Positions 20,657 through 32,096 of a DNA stretch of 62,494 bases are shown piece by piece. The DNA comes from Muribaculaceae bacterium. Its GTDB lineage: Bacteria; Bacteroidota; Bacteroidia; Bacteroidales; Muribaculaceae. Both the position numbers and the translations under genes were made by a program. The notes under the pieces are model-generated. The model saw only the letters and a list, made by a program, of their open reading frames with translations. It did no database searches and had not been told where the DNA came from. The first letter of the stretch is position 1, and every line of letters begins with the position of its first letter. The DNA lies in assembly GCA_036310635.1 (NCBI GenBank), contig JAXJRL010000125.1:1-62494 (forward strand). The letters are read 5' to 3'.

Positions 20657-20957
20657 AGATGTGTTTCAGTTAGGTGAATGTTTGAAAACGTTGCGCAGGC
20701 GGCATCGTGGCCTTGTGAATGCGATGAACACTGGGGGTGCGGTGATGCTGACAGCAGTGCGCGCCCTTGCCGGATTTCCCGGACCGGACGGTGCACACAG
20801 TAAAGAACAAGCGAGCTGTGCAATGGGTTTGGCCTGCGGATACAAAATTACCTATAACAGAGAGGATAGACACGTAGAATTTCCGCTTAGAGCCAAAATT
20901 TGGAAAAAATTACCAAAATTAAGGCTATAAGTGCCACATCGGATGGTTGAATTTTCA

Positions 20958-20965
20958 TAACTTTG
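20958..20965 (+). promoter_or_regulatory. Bacteroidota sigma-A -7 box for pldA
   Basis: TAACTTTG about 75 bp upstream of the ATG. Confidence 0.6.
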
Positions 20966-21038
20966 CAGACTGAACCCGGGACACAGCTCCCCCACCCCTA
21001 ATCCTATCCGTCAAACCGACTTACAATCCGCACAACCC

Positions 21039-21890
21039 ATGACCCGGACCAAAACCCTGCTCAGCATGCTCATCGCCATAGTGGCGATGGCGATAGCCGT
21101 CCCGGCTCATGGCCAGATTGTGGCTGTAAACCAGGAGCGTATCAACGCCGACTCGCTCCGCCGCGACTTCGACAACCGGCCCTACTTCGGCCTCTACAAG
21201 GACAACTACTTCATTTTCGGCACATCGGTGGGACCAAAGCCTACCAAAGAGAACTCCAACGTCAAATTCCAGATTTCAATCTCGCAGAGGCTGACGCGCT
21301 CCACCCTACCCTGGGGGACGTACCTCTACCTGTTTTACACGCAGAAGGTGTTCTGGAACATCCTCGAGAACTCCATGCCCATGACCGACCTCAACTTCAA
21401 CCCCGGCATCGGTCTGGCCAAGCCCCTGTTCGTCAAGAACAGATTCATCGGCAAACTGATCTTCCTGATCGAGCACGAGTCAAACGGCCGCGACGGCGAC
21501 GCATCGCGCTCGTGGAACAAGATATCGCTCGGAGCCAACATCATGATCGACCCCATGCTGATGGTGCACGGCAAGGTGTGGATTCCCATTGTTGACGGCA
21601 TGAACAACAAGGACATCCTCGACTACTCGGGCATTTACCAGGTGGGCCTGCAGATGTTCAGCCGCAACAGGAGGTTCAACGCATCGGTGACGCTGGTGAA
21701 GCGTCGCGGATGGAGACCCAACTACAACACCACCGTTGAGCTGGCTTACCGACTGTGGAACCGCGACAACCAGTTTCTGTTCCTGCAGTACTACAACGGC
21801 TACGGCGAAGGCCTCCTGGAGTACAACAAGTTCCACTCCCAGCTCAGAGTAGGCATAGTAATCAAGCCCAGCCTCTTCTCCGACTTCTAA
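21039..21890 (+). CDS. pldA: Outer membrane phospholipase A
   Basis: KFQIS, YTQ..FW, HESNG..G..SRSWN catalytic motif, YNGYGE.L..YN. Confidence 0.92.
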   Translation: MTRTKTLLSMLIAIVAMAIAVPAHGQIVAVNQERINADSLRRDFDNRPYFGLYKDNYFIFGTSVGPKPTKENSNVKFQISISQRLTRSTLPWGTYLYLFYTQKVFWNILENSMPMTDLNFNPGIGLAKPLFVKNRFIGKLIFLIEHESNGRDGDASRSWNKISLGANIMIDPMLMVHGKVWIPIVDGMNNKDILDYSGIYQVGLQMFSRNRRFNASVTLVKRRGWRPNYNTTVELAYRLWNRDNQFLFLQYYNGYGEGLLEYNKFHSQLRVGIVIKPSLFSDF

Positions 21891-21934
21891 CCCCCCCACC
21901 CTTCACTACTGCAGCAACAGAAGGATGTGGAATT

Positions 21935-21970
21935 ACGGAGGGCGGCTCTTGGAAAAGGGCCGCCCTCCGT
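21935..21970. terminator. Stem-loop between convergent pldA and ettA
   Basis: ACGGAGGGCGGCTCTT-ggaa-AAGGGCCGCCCTCCGT. Confidence 0.65.
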
Positions 21971-22016
21971 GGTTTGGTGTCTGGATAGATTGGTGCTTGG
22001 GGTGCACTCCGGTGGA

Positions 22017-23687
<1,671 letters not shown>

Positions 23688-23765
23688 TGTGTGTGTCTGT
23701 GTGAGTTAGGGATTGGAAAAAGAGCGGGCGCTGTCTCCCGTCCACGGCGGGACCGCCCCAGTGCC

Positions 23766-24332
23766 TCACTTGCGGTGCTTGGGGGCGAAGCGGGCGTTGT
23801 AGTCCACGCGGATCTTGCCGTTGACTATGTTGCTGAGCTTGGAGCGGATCAGCTGCTTGCGGATGGCCGAGAGGTGGTCAATGAACACCTTGCCCTCCAG
23901 GTGGTCGCACTCGTGCTGCACTATTCGGGCCAGGAAGCCGCTGATTTCCTCGTCGTGGGCCTCGAAGTTCTCGTCGAGCCACTTGAGGCGGATGTGCTCC
24001 GTGCGCTTCACGTCCTCCGAGATTCCGGGCAGGCTGAGGCATCCCTCGGCGCGGCTCACGGTCTCGCCGTCGAGCACTTCCACCTCGGGGTTGATGAGCA
24101 CCATCTTGCGGCCTTTGCACTCCTCGAAGGCTTCGCCCACGGGGTCCGCGTCGATCACCACGATGCGGTCGCTGAGGCCCACCTGGGGGGCGGCGAGGCC
24201 CACGCCCTCGGAGTGGTACATGGTCTCGAACATGTCGTCAATAAGCTTTTTGAGCTCCGGATAGTCCGGCGTTATGTCTTTCGCCGTCTGGCGTAGTACG
24301 GGGTGGCCGTACATGTACACTGGTAGTTTCAC
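23766..24332 (-). CDS. def: Peptide deformylase
   Basis: GVGLAAPQVG, EGCLS, QHECDHL. Confidence 0.97.
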   Translation of the reverse strand: MKLPVYMYGHPVLRQTAKDITPDYPELKKLIDDMFETMYHSEGVGLAAPQVGLSDRIVVIDADPVGEAFEECKGRKMVLINPEVEVLDGETVSRAEGCLSLPGISEDVKRTEHIRLKWLDENFEAHDEEISGFLARIVQHECDHLEGKVFIDHLSAIRKQLIRSKLSNIVNGKIRVDYNARFAPKHRK

Positions 24333-24379
24333 TTTCTATGCTGTATTTTTTCTTATTTGTCGTTGGTTTGCGGCCTTGC

Positions 24380-24796
24380 TCACATCCCCTTGGAGTTGAG
24401 ATAGTCGTTGAGGATTATCGAGGCCGAGATGCGGTCCACCACTGCTTTGTCGCGTCGCTGCAGCTTTTTCATGCCGCCGTCGATCATGGCGCGGTGGGCC
24501 AGCACCGAGGTGAACCGCTCGTCGAAGAACACCACCGGCGTGGGGGCTATCTCCTTGCGCAGGCGGTTGATTACCGGCGTGAGATACTGCATGCTCTCGG
24601 ACGGCGCCCCCGACATCTGCGTGGGCTTGCCCACCACCACCTCGTCCACGCCTTCGGCGGCTACATAGCGCTTGACGAAGGCCACCAGCTCATGTGTGGC
24701 CACCGTCTCCAACGGGTTGGCAATCAGGCGCAGCGGGTCGGTCACGGCTATGCCGCAACGTTTGCGTCCGAAGTCTATGGCAAGGAGTCGTCCCAT
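24380..24796 (-). CDS. ruvX: YqgF/RuvX pre-16S rRNA nuclease
   Basis: LAIDFGRKRCGIA, DERFTS, VD..SA..IL. Confidence 0.95.
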   Translation of the reverse strand: MGRLLAIDFGRKRCGIAVTDPLRLIANPLETVATHELVAFVKRYVAAEGVDEVVVGKPTQMSGAPSESMQYLTPVINRLRKEIAPTPVVFFDERFTSVLAHRAMIDGGMKKLQRRDKAVVDRISASIILNDYLNSKGM

Positions 24797-24929
24797 GGCA
24801 GGTGTTCTCTGATGGTGTCGGTTCTATACGTGCAAGGCGGGAGCACGGACGCCGCGGCCGCTTTGGCCGCATCGTCCGGTCCCGTCTGCAAAGTTACAAA
24901 TTTTCAGCAATGTGCGCAACTCCGGGCGC

Positions 24930-25481
24930 TCACACCAGCATGCCTGCTGCCACCTGCTGGGCGGCGTCGGCGCCGGCGATGGCGGCCGCAACCTCCAGAG
25001 CGAAGGGGAGGGCCGACGAAGGGCCGTTGCCGGTGATGGTCATGCCGTCGCGCACCACACGCTTGGCCTCGGGCTTGGCGCCGTTTTTAACGAGCAGCTC
25101 CTCGAAGCCGGGGTAGCAGGTGGCAGTCTTGCCTTCGAGCAGTCCGAGCTGAGCCAGGACCACTGCCGGCGAGGCGCAGATGGCGGCAATGCCCTTGCCG
25201 TTCATCTGGTGTACCTTCAGCAGGTCGCCGAGGGCCTTAAAGTCGAACAGGTTCTGGGCGCCGGGCATTCCACCGGGCAGAACCAGCCAGTCGGCGCCGC
25301 CGAAGTCGGCCTCTTTGAATGTCACGTCGGCCTCTATCGGCACACCGTGTGCGCCGGTCACCTTGCGGCCTTCGTTGATACTCACTGTCTTAACCTCCAC
25401 ACCGGCACGGCGGAGCACATCCACCGGGGTCAGGGCCTCGACTTCCTCAAAGCCATCGGCCAGAAATACGAATGTAGTCAT
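24930..25481 (-). CDS. DJ-1/YajL/PfpI family protein
   Basis: Start MTTFVFLADGFEEVEA at 25481; LPGGMPGA, AICASP. Confidence 0.92.
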   Translation of the reverse strand: MTTFVFLADGFEEVEALTPVDVLRRAGVEVKTVSINEGRKVTGAHGVPIEADVTFKEADFGGADWLVLPGGMPGAQNLFDFKALGDLLKVHQMNGKGIAAICASPAVVLAQLGLLEGKTATCYPGFEELLVKNGAKPEAKRVVRDGMTITGNGPSSALPFALEVAAAIAGADAAQQVAAGMLV

Positions 25482-25639
25482 CTTCTTGTATGTTTTATGC
25501 TGTTTGTGGCGTTGTTTCTTGCACCGGGAGGAGCCTTTTTCCGGCCTCCCGCCAATTTCACGCCTTAAAGATAACAATTTTAATCCGGAAAAAGACTAAA
25601 TTTGCACCCCGACTTCACAAAGTAATTCTAAAAAACCAG

Positions 25640-26638
25640 ATGATGGCCCATTTCTCCCTCCGCAAATTCATCCCCGTCCTGCTCGCATTCCTGGCGCTGA
25701 CCTCATGCCGCAAGGCTCCCGAGTGGCGCTATACCGGCGGCGCGGCCTGGGGAACAGTGTTCAACATCACCTACCTCTCCGACACCGACTTGTCCGATTC
25801 GGTGACAGCCGTAATGCGCCAGGTGGAGCTGGCGCTCAGCACCTTCGACAAGCAAAGCAACATCTCGGCCATCAATTCCGGTGCCACTGACACCCTCGCG
25901 CCCATGACCTACCATGTTTTCCGCGAGGCCAAGCGCGTTAATGCCATCAGCCATGGCGCCTTCGACCCCACCGTTGCCCCGCTGGTCAACCTGTGGGGCT
26001 TCGGCTACAGGACATCGCTCGACGAATCACCTGACAGCGACCGCATAGCCGCCGTCCTGGAGCGCGTGGGCATGGATGCCTGCTCGGTTGACTCCGTTAC
26101 CCGCGTGGTCACCCGCAAACATCGCCACACCGAGTTCGACTTCTCGGCTATAGCCAAGGGCTATGGCGTTGACTGCGTGGCCGATATGCTGCGCCGAAAC
26201 GGATGCACCGACTTCATGGTGGAGATTGGCGGCGAAATGGCTGTGGCCGGACAAAATCCTCGTGGCACCGAATGGCGCGTGCAGATCGACAGTCCGCTCA
26301 GCGACAGCGTGTCCCACGCCCCGCTCCGCGTGCTTCCGCTCTCGGACTGCGCCGTGGCCACCTCCGGCAACTACCGCAACTACCGCCGCCTGCCCGACGG
26401 CTCCATCGTGTCTCACACCATCTCGCCTGTGACCGGTCGCCCCGTGCGCAGCAATGTACTGTCGGTAACCGTGTTTGCACCGCAATGCATCACTGCCGAC
26501 GCTCTCGCCACCGCCGCCATGGTCCTTCCCCTCCCCCAGGCTCGCGCCATGCTTGCCTCCCAGCCAGGCGTCAGGGCGCTCATAGCCGTGGCTCCGGTCC
26601 CGGGCACTGACTCGCTGACGGTCATCGCCGTGCCCTGA
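25640..26638 (+). CDS. apbE: FAD:protein FMN transferase, lipoprotein
   Basis: Lipobox LTSC; FDPTV.PL..LWGF, D.SAIAKGY.VD, ATSGNY, ADALAT. Confidence 0.93.
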   Translation: MMAHFSLRKFIPVLLAFLALTSCRKAPEWRYTGGAAWGTVFNITYLSDTDLSDSVTAVMRQVELALSTFDKQSNISAINSGATDTLAPMTYHVFREAKRVNAISHGAFDPTVAPLVNLWGFGYRTSLDESPDSDRIAAVLERVGMDACSVDSVTRVVTRKHRHTEFDFSAIAKGYGVDCVADMLRRNGCTDFMVEIGGEMAVAGQNPRGTEWRVQIDSPLSDSVSHAPLRVLPLSDCAVATSGNYRNYRRLPDGSIVSHTISPVTGRPVRSNVLSVTVFAPQCITADALATAAMVLPLPQARAMLASQPGVRALIAVAPVPGTDSLTVIAVP

Positions 26639-26694
26639 TTGGCAGGGCCAAGGTTGAAATCTGTTGAAACTTTTATCACATCATCAAACAAACT

Positions 26695-27990
26695 ATGGAA
26701 ATACTCATATCCCTTGTCACCCTCGCTGTGGGCTTCATTGCCGGCTATCTCATTGCCGGGCGCAAATCGGCGGCCTGCGCCTCGCAGGTCAGCGTCCTCG
26801 AGTCGCGGCTGACCGACGCCAAGGTCTCCGCATCATCAGCCCTGAGTCAGGCCGAACGCGCCCACGAGCGCATCCTCGCCGACCGTGACGCCGAGCACCA
26901 ACGCACACTCCAGCGCCTCGACGCGGCCCACCGCCAGTCGCTCGACGCGCTCCAGGAGCGTTTCGACGAAACCGTGGACAGACTCAAGGCCGAGCTCGAA
27001 GCCGCCACCGCCGACATGCTGCGCCGCCGCGAGGAGGAGTTTGCCGCATCAAGCCGCAAGAGCGTGGCTGGTGTCCTCGAGCCTCTCAACAACACCATCT
27101 CCGAGATGCGTTCGGCCGTGTCGGAAAACACGCGCCGCCACGCCGAATTCTCCGGCCAGCTCACCGAGAACATCCGCTCGGTGATGGAGCACAGCGACGC
27201 CGCGCGCATCAGTGCCGACCGCCTTGCCGACGCCCTCCGCGGCGGTGGCAAAATCCAGGGCGACTGGGGCGAGACTGTTCTCACCGAGCTCCTCGAGTCG
27301 CAGGGACTCACCGAAGGCGTGCACTTCGACACACAGACCTCGTTCCGCTCCGACAACGGCACACTCCTGCGTCCCGACGTGGTGCTCCACCTCGACCATG
27401 AGCGCGACGTGGTCATCGACTCGAAGGTTTCGCTCTCGGCCTACATCGACTATATGAACGCCGCCACCGACGAACACCGCGCACAGGCGCTGAAGGCTCA
27501 TGTGGCAAGCGTGCAGAAGCATGTTGACGAACTCGCAGCCAAGAACTACTCGGCCTACATCTCGCCCGGGCGCACCCGCATTGACTATGTGATCATGTTT
27601 GTGCCCTGCACCGCCGCGCTCTATGCCGCCACATCGCAGAAAACCTCGCTATGGCGCGACGCCATGGACCGCGGCGTGTACATTGCCGACGAGCAGACGC
27701 TCTATGCCGCCCTGCGCATCATCAACATGACCTGGCGCCAGATAGCCCAGGCCGAAAACCATGAAAAAGTGTTCAAATGCGCCAACGAGATGCTTGACCG
27801 CGTGGCCCAGTTCCTCGACACATACAACCTCATCGGCACCAGACTTGCCGACGCGCAGGCCGCCTTCGAAAAAGCCTCGAAAAAACTCCAGGCATCCGGC
27901 CAAAGCATTCCCCAGACCTGCCGCAAGCTCCAGGACCTCGGCGCCCGGTCCGCCCGCAAGCTCACCCTCCCCGACTCGCATGATGCGTAA
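26695..27990 (+). CDS. rmuC: DNA recombination protein RmuC
   Basis: N-terminal TM helix, coiled coil, QGDWGE..L, RPD, IDSKVS. Confidence 0.93.
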   Translation: MEILISLVTLAVGFIAGYLIAGRKSAACASQVSVLESRLTDAKVSASSALSQAERAHERILADRDAEHQRTLQRLDAAHRQSLDALQERFDETVDRLKAELEAATADMLRRREEEFAASSRKSVAGVLEPLNNTISEMRSAVSENTRRHAEFSGQLTENIRSVMEHSDAARISADRLADALRGGGKIQGDWGETVLTELLESQGLTEGVHFDTQTSFRSDNGTLLRPDVVLHLDHERDVVIDSKVSLSAYIDYMNAATDEHRAQALKAHVASVQKHVDELAAKNYSAYISPGRTRIDYVIMFVPCTAALYAATSQKTSLWRDAMDRGVYIADEQTLYAALRIINMTWRQIAQAENHEKVFKCANEMLDRVAQFLDTYNLIGTRLADAQAAFEKASKKLQASGQSIPQTCRKLQDLGARSARKLTLPDSHDA

Positions 27991-28007
27991 GGAGACATTC
28001 AAGCCGG

Positions 28008-28073
28008 CAATTCACCGAATTTAGCTTAATTTGGTGAATTGATTCACCAATTTTAGCTGAATTTGGTGAATTG
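28008..28073. repeat. Tandem pair of AT-rich palindromes (32-bp period)
   Basis: CAATTCACCGAATTTAGCTTAATTTGGTGAATTG followed by ATTCACCAATTTTAGCTGAATTTGGTGAAT. Confidence 0.85.
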
Positions 28074-28101
28074 GGGCGATATTGGCTGATTTTTGGGGTA
28101 T

Positions 28102-28196
28102 GACCGGAGGGTTGGGCCGGTCAGGGTTGGGCTGTCGGGGATTGAACGGTCAGGGATTGGACGGTCAGGAGGTTGGGACAGTCAGGGGTTGGAGCG
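28102..28196. repeat. Degenerate ~15-bp G-rich tandem repeat
   Basis: 5-6 copies of GGTCAGGG(A/T)TTGGAC-like units, the last overlapping the stop codon of the epimerase gene. Confidence 0.7.
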
Positions 28197-29207
28197 GTAG
28201 GCGGCGACTGTGGCGGCTATGCCGCGGTCGAGCGACCACTGGGGATCGAAGCCGAAGTCGCGGCGGGCGTCGGAGATGTCGCAGTTCCAGTTGCGCTGGC
28301 GCATGATTTTGAATTTGTCGCGGTTGAGGGTCGACGCCTTGCCCTGGAGAGCGGCAACTTTCTCAGCCACTACCGACACGCCGTAGACGGCCCACATGGG
28401 CATCACCATGGGCACTACAAATTTGCGGCCGAGGTGCTTGGCCACGATGGCTCGGAACTCCTTCTGGGTGTAAGCACGGTCTTCGCTGATAATGTATTTG
28501 TGATGCACCACTCGTTCGGCCGGCGCCTGCAGGCACTGGAACATGGCGTTGACCAGGTCCTCGACGTAGATGAACGTGAGCATCTGGCGGCGGAAGCCAA
28601 CTGAGAAGTCGAAATGGCGGTCTATGGACTGTATCATCATCAGATAGTCCTTCTCGTGGGGGCCATAAACACCTGTTGGACGGAATATCACCCATGGAAT
28701 CTGGTCCGACTGCATCTCCAGTGCCATCTCGGCCTTGATTTTCGACAGTCCGTAGCGGGTGTTGGGGTTGGGCGGCGTCTGGGCGTCGATAGGAGTGTAG
28801 TATTTCTCGTCGGCGGTGCCTATGGCGCTCAGTGAGCTCATGTACAGGAACTTGCGGGGAACCAGGTTCTCGCGGCGCAGCGCTCCAACAAAGTCCACCA
28901 GATAGCGGTAGTTTATGCGGTTGAAATCGTGGAAGTTGGCGCACTTTGTGGCGCCGAGGTTCCAGATTATGTAGTCCCAGCCACCCTGCGGGGCGGACGT
29001 TCTGAGGGTTTCGGCCACGGCGTCGGGGTCGTCGTAGTCAAGGACAACGAAATGGAGCCCGGGGTCGGTGAGATAGCGTCGCGAGGTGGACTGGCGCACG
29101 CCCACATAAGTGTTGTAGCCGAGCTGCAGGGCACGCTTGGCGATGAAGCCGCCGATAAAGCCGCCGGCACCTATAATGAGAACTGAGGGTTTGGAAGTTT
29201 CAGACAT
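28182..29207 (-). CDS. NAD-dependent epimerase/dehydratase (extended SDR), possibly ceramide-reductase-like
   Basis: GAGGFIG Rossmann motif, SSLSA, YGLSK, RPTGVYGP. Confidence 0.85.
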   Translation of the reverse strand: MSETSKPSVLIIGAGGFIGGFIAKRALQLGYNTYVGVRQSTSRRYLTDPGLHFVVLDYDDPDAVAETLRTSAPQGGWDYIIWNLGATKCANFHDFNRINYRYLVDFVGALRRENLVPRKFLYMSSLSAIGTADEKYYTPIDAQTPPNPNTRYGLSKIKAEMALEMQSDQIPWVIFRPTGVYGPHEKDYLMMIQSIDRHFDFSVGFRRQMLTFIYVEDLVNAMFQCLQAPAERVVHHKYIISEDRAYTQKEFRAIVAKHLGRKFVVPMVMPMWAVYGVSVVAEKVAALQGKASTLNRDKFKIMRQRNWNCDISDARRDFGFDPQWSLDRGIAATVAAYRSNP

Positions 29208-29216
29208 GGAGGCTGA

Positions 29217-30413
29217 TTATTTGTTGGAGAGTTGGCCGAGGTCGGACAGGCCGTCGGAATAGTGGTTGAGGATGGCAAGCTGGTAGGCGGCCATGGTTTT
29301 GCGGGCGAACTCCGAGTCGCTGAAGGTGCGCAGATGGCGCTGGCCCAGGCTTGCTGTCTTGTCGCGGAAATAGGCATCGTCCACCAGGCGTAGGGCGGCC
29401 TCGGCGTATGCGCCTACATCGTCGGGGCCAACGTATATGGCGCCGCGGCCGCCGGCTTCCTCGAGGCACGAGCCTGTGGCGGCAATGACGGGGGTGCCGC
29501 AACGCAAAGCTTCGACAACGGGAAGACCAAAGCCCTCGTAGCGCGACACATAGGCTGCGGCGCGAGCGCCGGTGTAGATGGCGGGGAGGTCGGCGAAGGG
29601 GATGCCTTCGAGCCACACCACACGGTCGCGCAGGCCCTTGGAGGCTATGTAGCTGTCAAGCTCCTTGGCATAGTCGGTTCTGCGGCCCACTATCACCAGC
29701 TTCACGTCGGCGGGCAGTGCGCGCAGTCCTTTGACGGCCAGCAGCTGGTTCTTGCGGCCCTGCACGGTGCCCACGCAGGCTATGTAGCGCTCCGGCAGGC
29801 CGTACTTGGCGCGCACGGCGGCCACAGCCTCGGAGCCGACGGGGGCGAACATGGCGTCGACGCCCTGGTATATCACGCGGATTTTGGCCGGATCGATGTT
29901 GAATTCCTGGACCAGGTCGGCCTTGGTGCGCTCGGAGATGGCAATCACTATGTCGGCCTGACGGGCGGAGGTGCCGTACTTGTAGTCGTAAACAGCGCGG
30001 TCAACGGCCTTGTAGTCAGACGGACAGCGGCGCCATATCACATCGTGGATGGTCACCACGGTGGGCAGGTCCACGCGGCTTGAATTGATGGGAATCTCGT
30101 TGCTGAGGCCGTGGTACAGGTCGCAGCCGTCGGCCAGGGCCTGCCGGCCCACTTCGAGGGTTCGCCACCATGTCGGGAGGCGGCGCATCATTTCCGACTG
30201 GGGACCGCACAGCTCCACATTGGGCAGCTCGGTGAGCTTTTCCGACATGGCGTTGGGGCCGCCCGCCGCATACATTACGAAGGTGTCCGACGGGAAGTGG
30301 AGCGCCATCTGGAGGATGGTGTATCGGGAGTAGTTGCCGAGGCCGGTCGAGTTGCGGAGTGCGCGCTTTGCGTCGAGGGCCACCCGCAGGTGGAGCGATG
30401 ATTTAGGTTTCAT
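29217..30413 (-). CDS. Glycosyltransferase family 4
   Basis: Likely start MKPKS at 30413; TGLGNYSR, TIHD, RKNQ, EGFGLPVVEA. Confidence 0.9.
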   Translation of the reverse strand: MKPKSSLHLRVALDAKRALRNSTGLGNYSRYTILQMALHFPSDTFVMYAAGGPNAMSEKLTELPNVELCGPQSEMMRRLPTWWRTLEVGRQALADGCDLYHGLSNEIPINSSRVDLPTVVTIHDVIWRRCPSDYKAVDRAVYDYKYGTSARQADIVIAISERTKADLVQEFNIDPAKIRVIYQGVDAMFAPVGSEAVAAVRAKYGLPERYIACVGTVQGRKNQLLAVKGLRALPADVKLVIVGRRTDYAKELDSYIASKGLRDRVVWLEGIPFADLPAIYTGARAAAYVSRYEGFGLPVVEALRCGTPVIAATGSCLEEAGGRGAIYVGPDDVGAYAEAALRLVDDAYFRDKTASLGQRHLRTFSDSEFARKTMAAYQLAILNHYSDGLSDLGQLSNK

Positions 30414-30449
30414 GTCCGCGAAGTTACAAAATAAAACGGAGGGGGACAA

Positions 30450-30485
30450 AAAAACGGGCCCGCGCATCGGCGCAGACCCGTTTTG
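30450..30485 (-). terminator. Terminator after ino1
   Basis: AAAAACGGGCCCGCGC-atcg-GCGCAGACCCGTTTTT. Confidence 0.7.
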
Positions 30486-30518
30486 GGTGTTTTTGTATCG
30501 AATTCTCGGTGTGGGAGA

Positions 30519-31826
30519 TTAGTCGATTGCCTCGTCAGCGGGGTAGCCGCCCATTTCGCGGATGGCGTTCTTGAGCATAACGTACTGCTGGAAGAGGTGG
30601 TTTACGGGAACCTCGTTCTTGGTGTAGTCGTGCATCGGGCTCTTGAGGAAGAAGCTCAGGAAGCGCTGAGTGCCGTAGCGGCCGGCGCGGGCAGCGAGGT
30701 CGCTGAGGAGCACGAGGTCAAGGCAGAGGGGAGCAGCGAGGATAGAGTCGCGGCAGAGGAAGTTGATCTTGATCTGCATGGGATAGCCCATCCAGCCGAA
30801 GATGTCGATGTTGTCCCATCCCTCCTTGTTGTCGTTGCGGGGGGGATAGTAGTTGATGCGCACCTTGTGGTAGTAGTCGGTGTAGAGGTCGGGCTGGATT
30901 TCGGGAACGAGGATGGACTCGAGGGTTGAGAGCTTCGAAACCTCCTTGGTGCGGAAGTTGGCGGGCTCGTCGAGCACGAGGCCGTCGCGGTTGCCGAGGA
31001 TGTTGGTTGAGAACCAGCCGCTCAGGCCGAGGCAACGGGTGCCGATGATGGGTGCGAATCCTGACTTAACGAGGGTCTGGCCGGTCTTGAAGTCCTTGCC
31101 TGCGATGGGCATCTTGGTCTTCTCGGCGAGCTCCCACATTGCGGGGATGTCGACGGTGGTGTTGGGAGCGCCCATGATGAAGGGGGCGCCCTCGGTGAGT
31201 GCAGCGTAAGCGTAGCACATAGAGGGAGCGATGTGCTCCTTGTCGTCGGCCTTCATGGCCTTCTCAAGGTCGGCCAGGGTGTAGTGAACGGCGGGATCGG
31301 GAGCAACGTAAACCTCGGTTGAAGCGGCCCAGAGCACAACGATGCGTGAGCAGTTGTTGGCAGCCTTGAAGTCGCGGATGTTCTTGCGGAGGTTCTCCAC
31401 CATTTCCCAGCGGGTGGCACCCTTCATGATGTTCTCACCGTCGAGGCGCTTGGCGTAGTTGTGGTCGAAAGCGGCGGGCATGGGCTTGATGGCCTCGAGC
31501 TCTTCCTTGACGGGGTTGATGTCCTTCTCTTTGAGAACTTCGGCGTTGATGGCCGACTCGTAAGCGTTAGCAGGATATACGTCCCAGCAGCCGAACACGA
31601 TGTCGTTGAGGTCAGCGATGGGAACGATTTCGTTGTATTTGAGGTATTTCTTGTTTTCGCCTTCGCCAACACGCATTTTGTCGTACTGGGTCATGGAGCC
31701 GATGGGCTTGGCCAGTCCTTTGCGCGCCATGAGGACGCCGGTCATGAAGGTGGTAGCGACAGCGCCGTTACCGACAACCATCACGCCGAGTTTACCCTCG
31801 GCGGGTTTTACATTTTGATTGCTCAT
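30519..31826 (-). CDS. ino1: myo-inositol-1-phosphate synthase
   Basis: VLWAASTE, GKDFKTGQT, NILGNRDG, DNKEGWD, CRDSILAAPL. Confidence 0.95.
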   Translation of the reverse strand: MSNQNVKPAEGKLGVMVVGNGAVATTFMTGVLMARKGLAKPIGSMTQYDKMRVGEGENKKYLKYNEIVPIADLNDIVFGCWDVYPANAYESAINAEVLKEKDINPVKEELEAIKPMPAAFDHNYAKRLDGENIMKGATRWEMVENLRKNIRDFKAANNCSRIVVLWAASTEVYVAPDPAVHYTLADLEKAMKADDKEHIAPSMCYAYAALTEGAPFIMGAPNTTVDIPAMWELAEKTKMPIAGKDFKTGQTLVKSGFAPIIGTRCLGLSGWFSTNILGNRDGLVLDEPANFRTKEVSKLSTLESILVPEIQPDLYTDYYHKVRINYYPPRNDNKEGWDNIDIFGWMGYPMQIKINFLCRDSILAAPLCLDLVLLSDLAARAGRYGTQRFLSFFLKSPMHDYTKNEVPVNHLFQQYVMLKNAIREMGGYPADEAID

Positions 31827-32066
31827 TTTGATGTTTTTGTTAGGTTGATTTTTTTGATTTTTTTCAGTGATAATGCCTCTCTCAAGCCCTGGGCGGGCGA
31901 AAAAGTGCGTAAAAGTACATATACTTTTTCAATTGAGCCAACTTTTTTCAATAAAAAATGGTCGGCAATTGTGAATATTATACAAATGTTTGCTTTGATA
32001 GCAAATATAGGTTAATTTAATAGGGTATTTTAGAGATTTATGTTAACGTAATTAAAGTGTGCAATG

Positions 32067-32096
32067 CTTGCATTTTAAAAAAAATCCTTACATTTG
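32067..32096 (+). promoter_or_regulatory. Sigma-A promoter about 310 bp upstream of slyD
   Basis: CTTG-N18-TACATTTG. Confidence 0.55.

Noticed and set aside
20750..20835. SRP (4.5S) RNA, suggested by GGTCCGGGAAA on the minus strand (also CCCGGTACCG at about 32223)
   Set aside because: Neither site has the conserved AGCAG of the SRP helix-8 loop; both kept only as generic structured-RNA candidates.
28008..28196. CRISPR array
   Set aside because: Palindromic units are adjacent with no unique spacers, and there are no cas genes in the window.
31830..32090. AT-rich stretch as a foreign island or origin
   Set aside because: It is the divergent promoter region of ino1 and slyD; similar AT-rich promoter gaps occur throughout the window and no DnaA-box cluster was seen.
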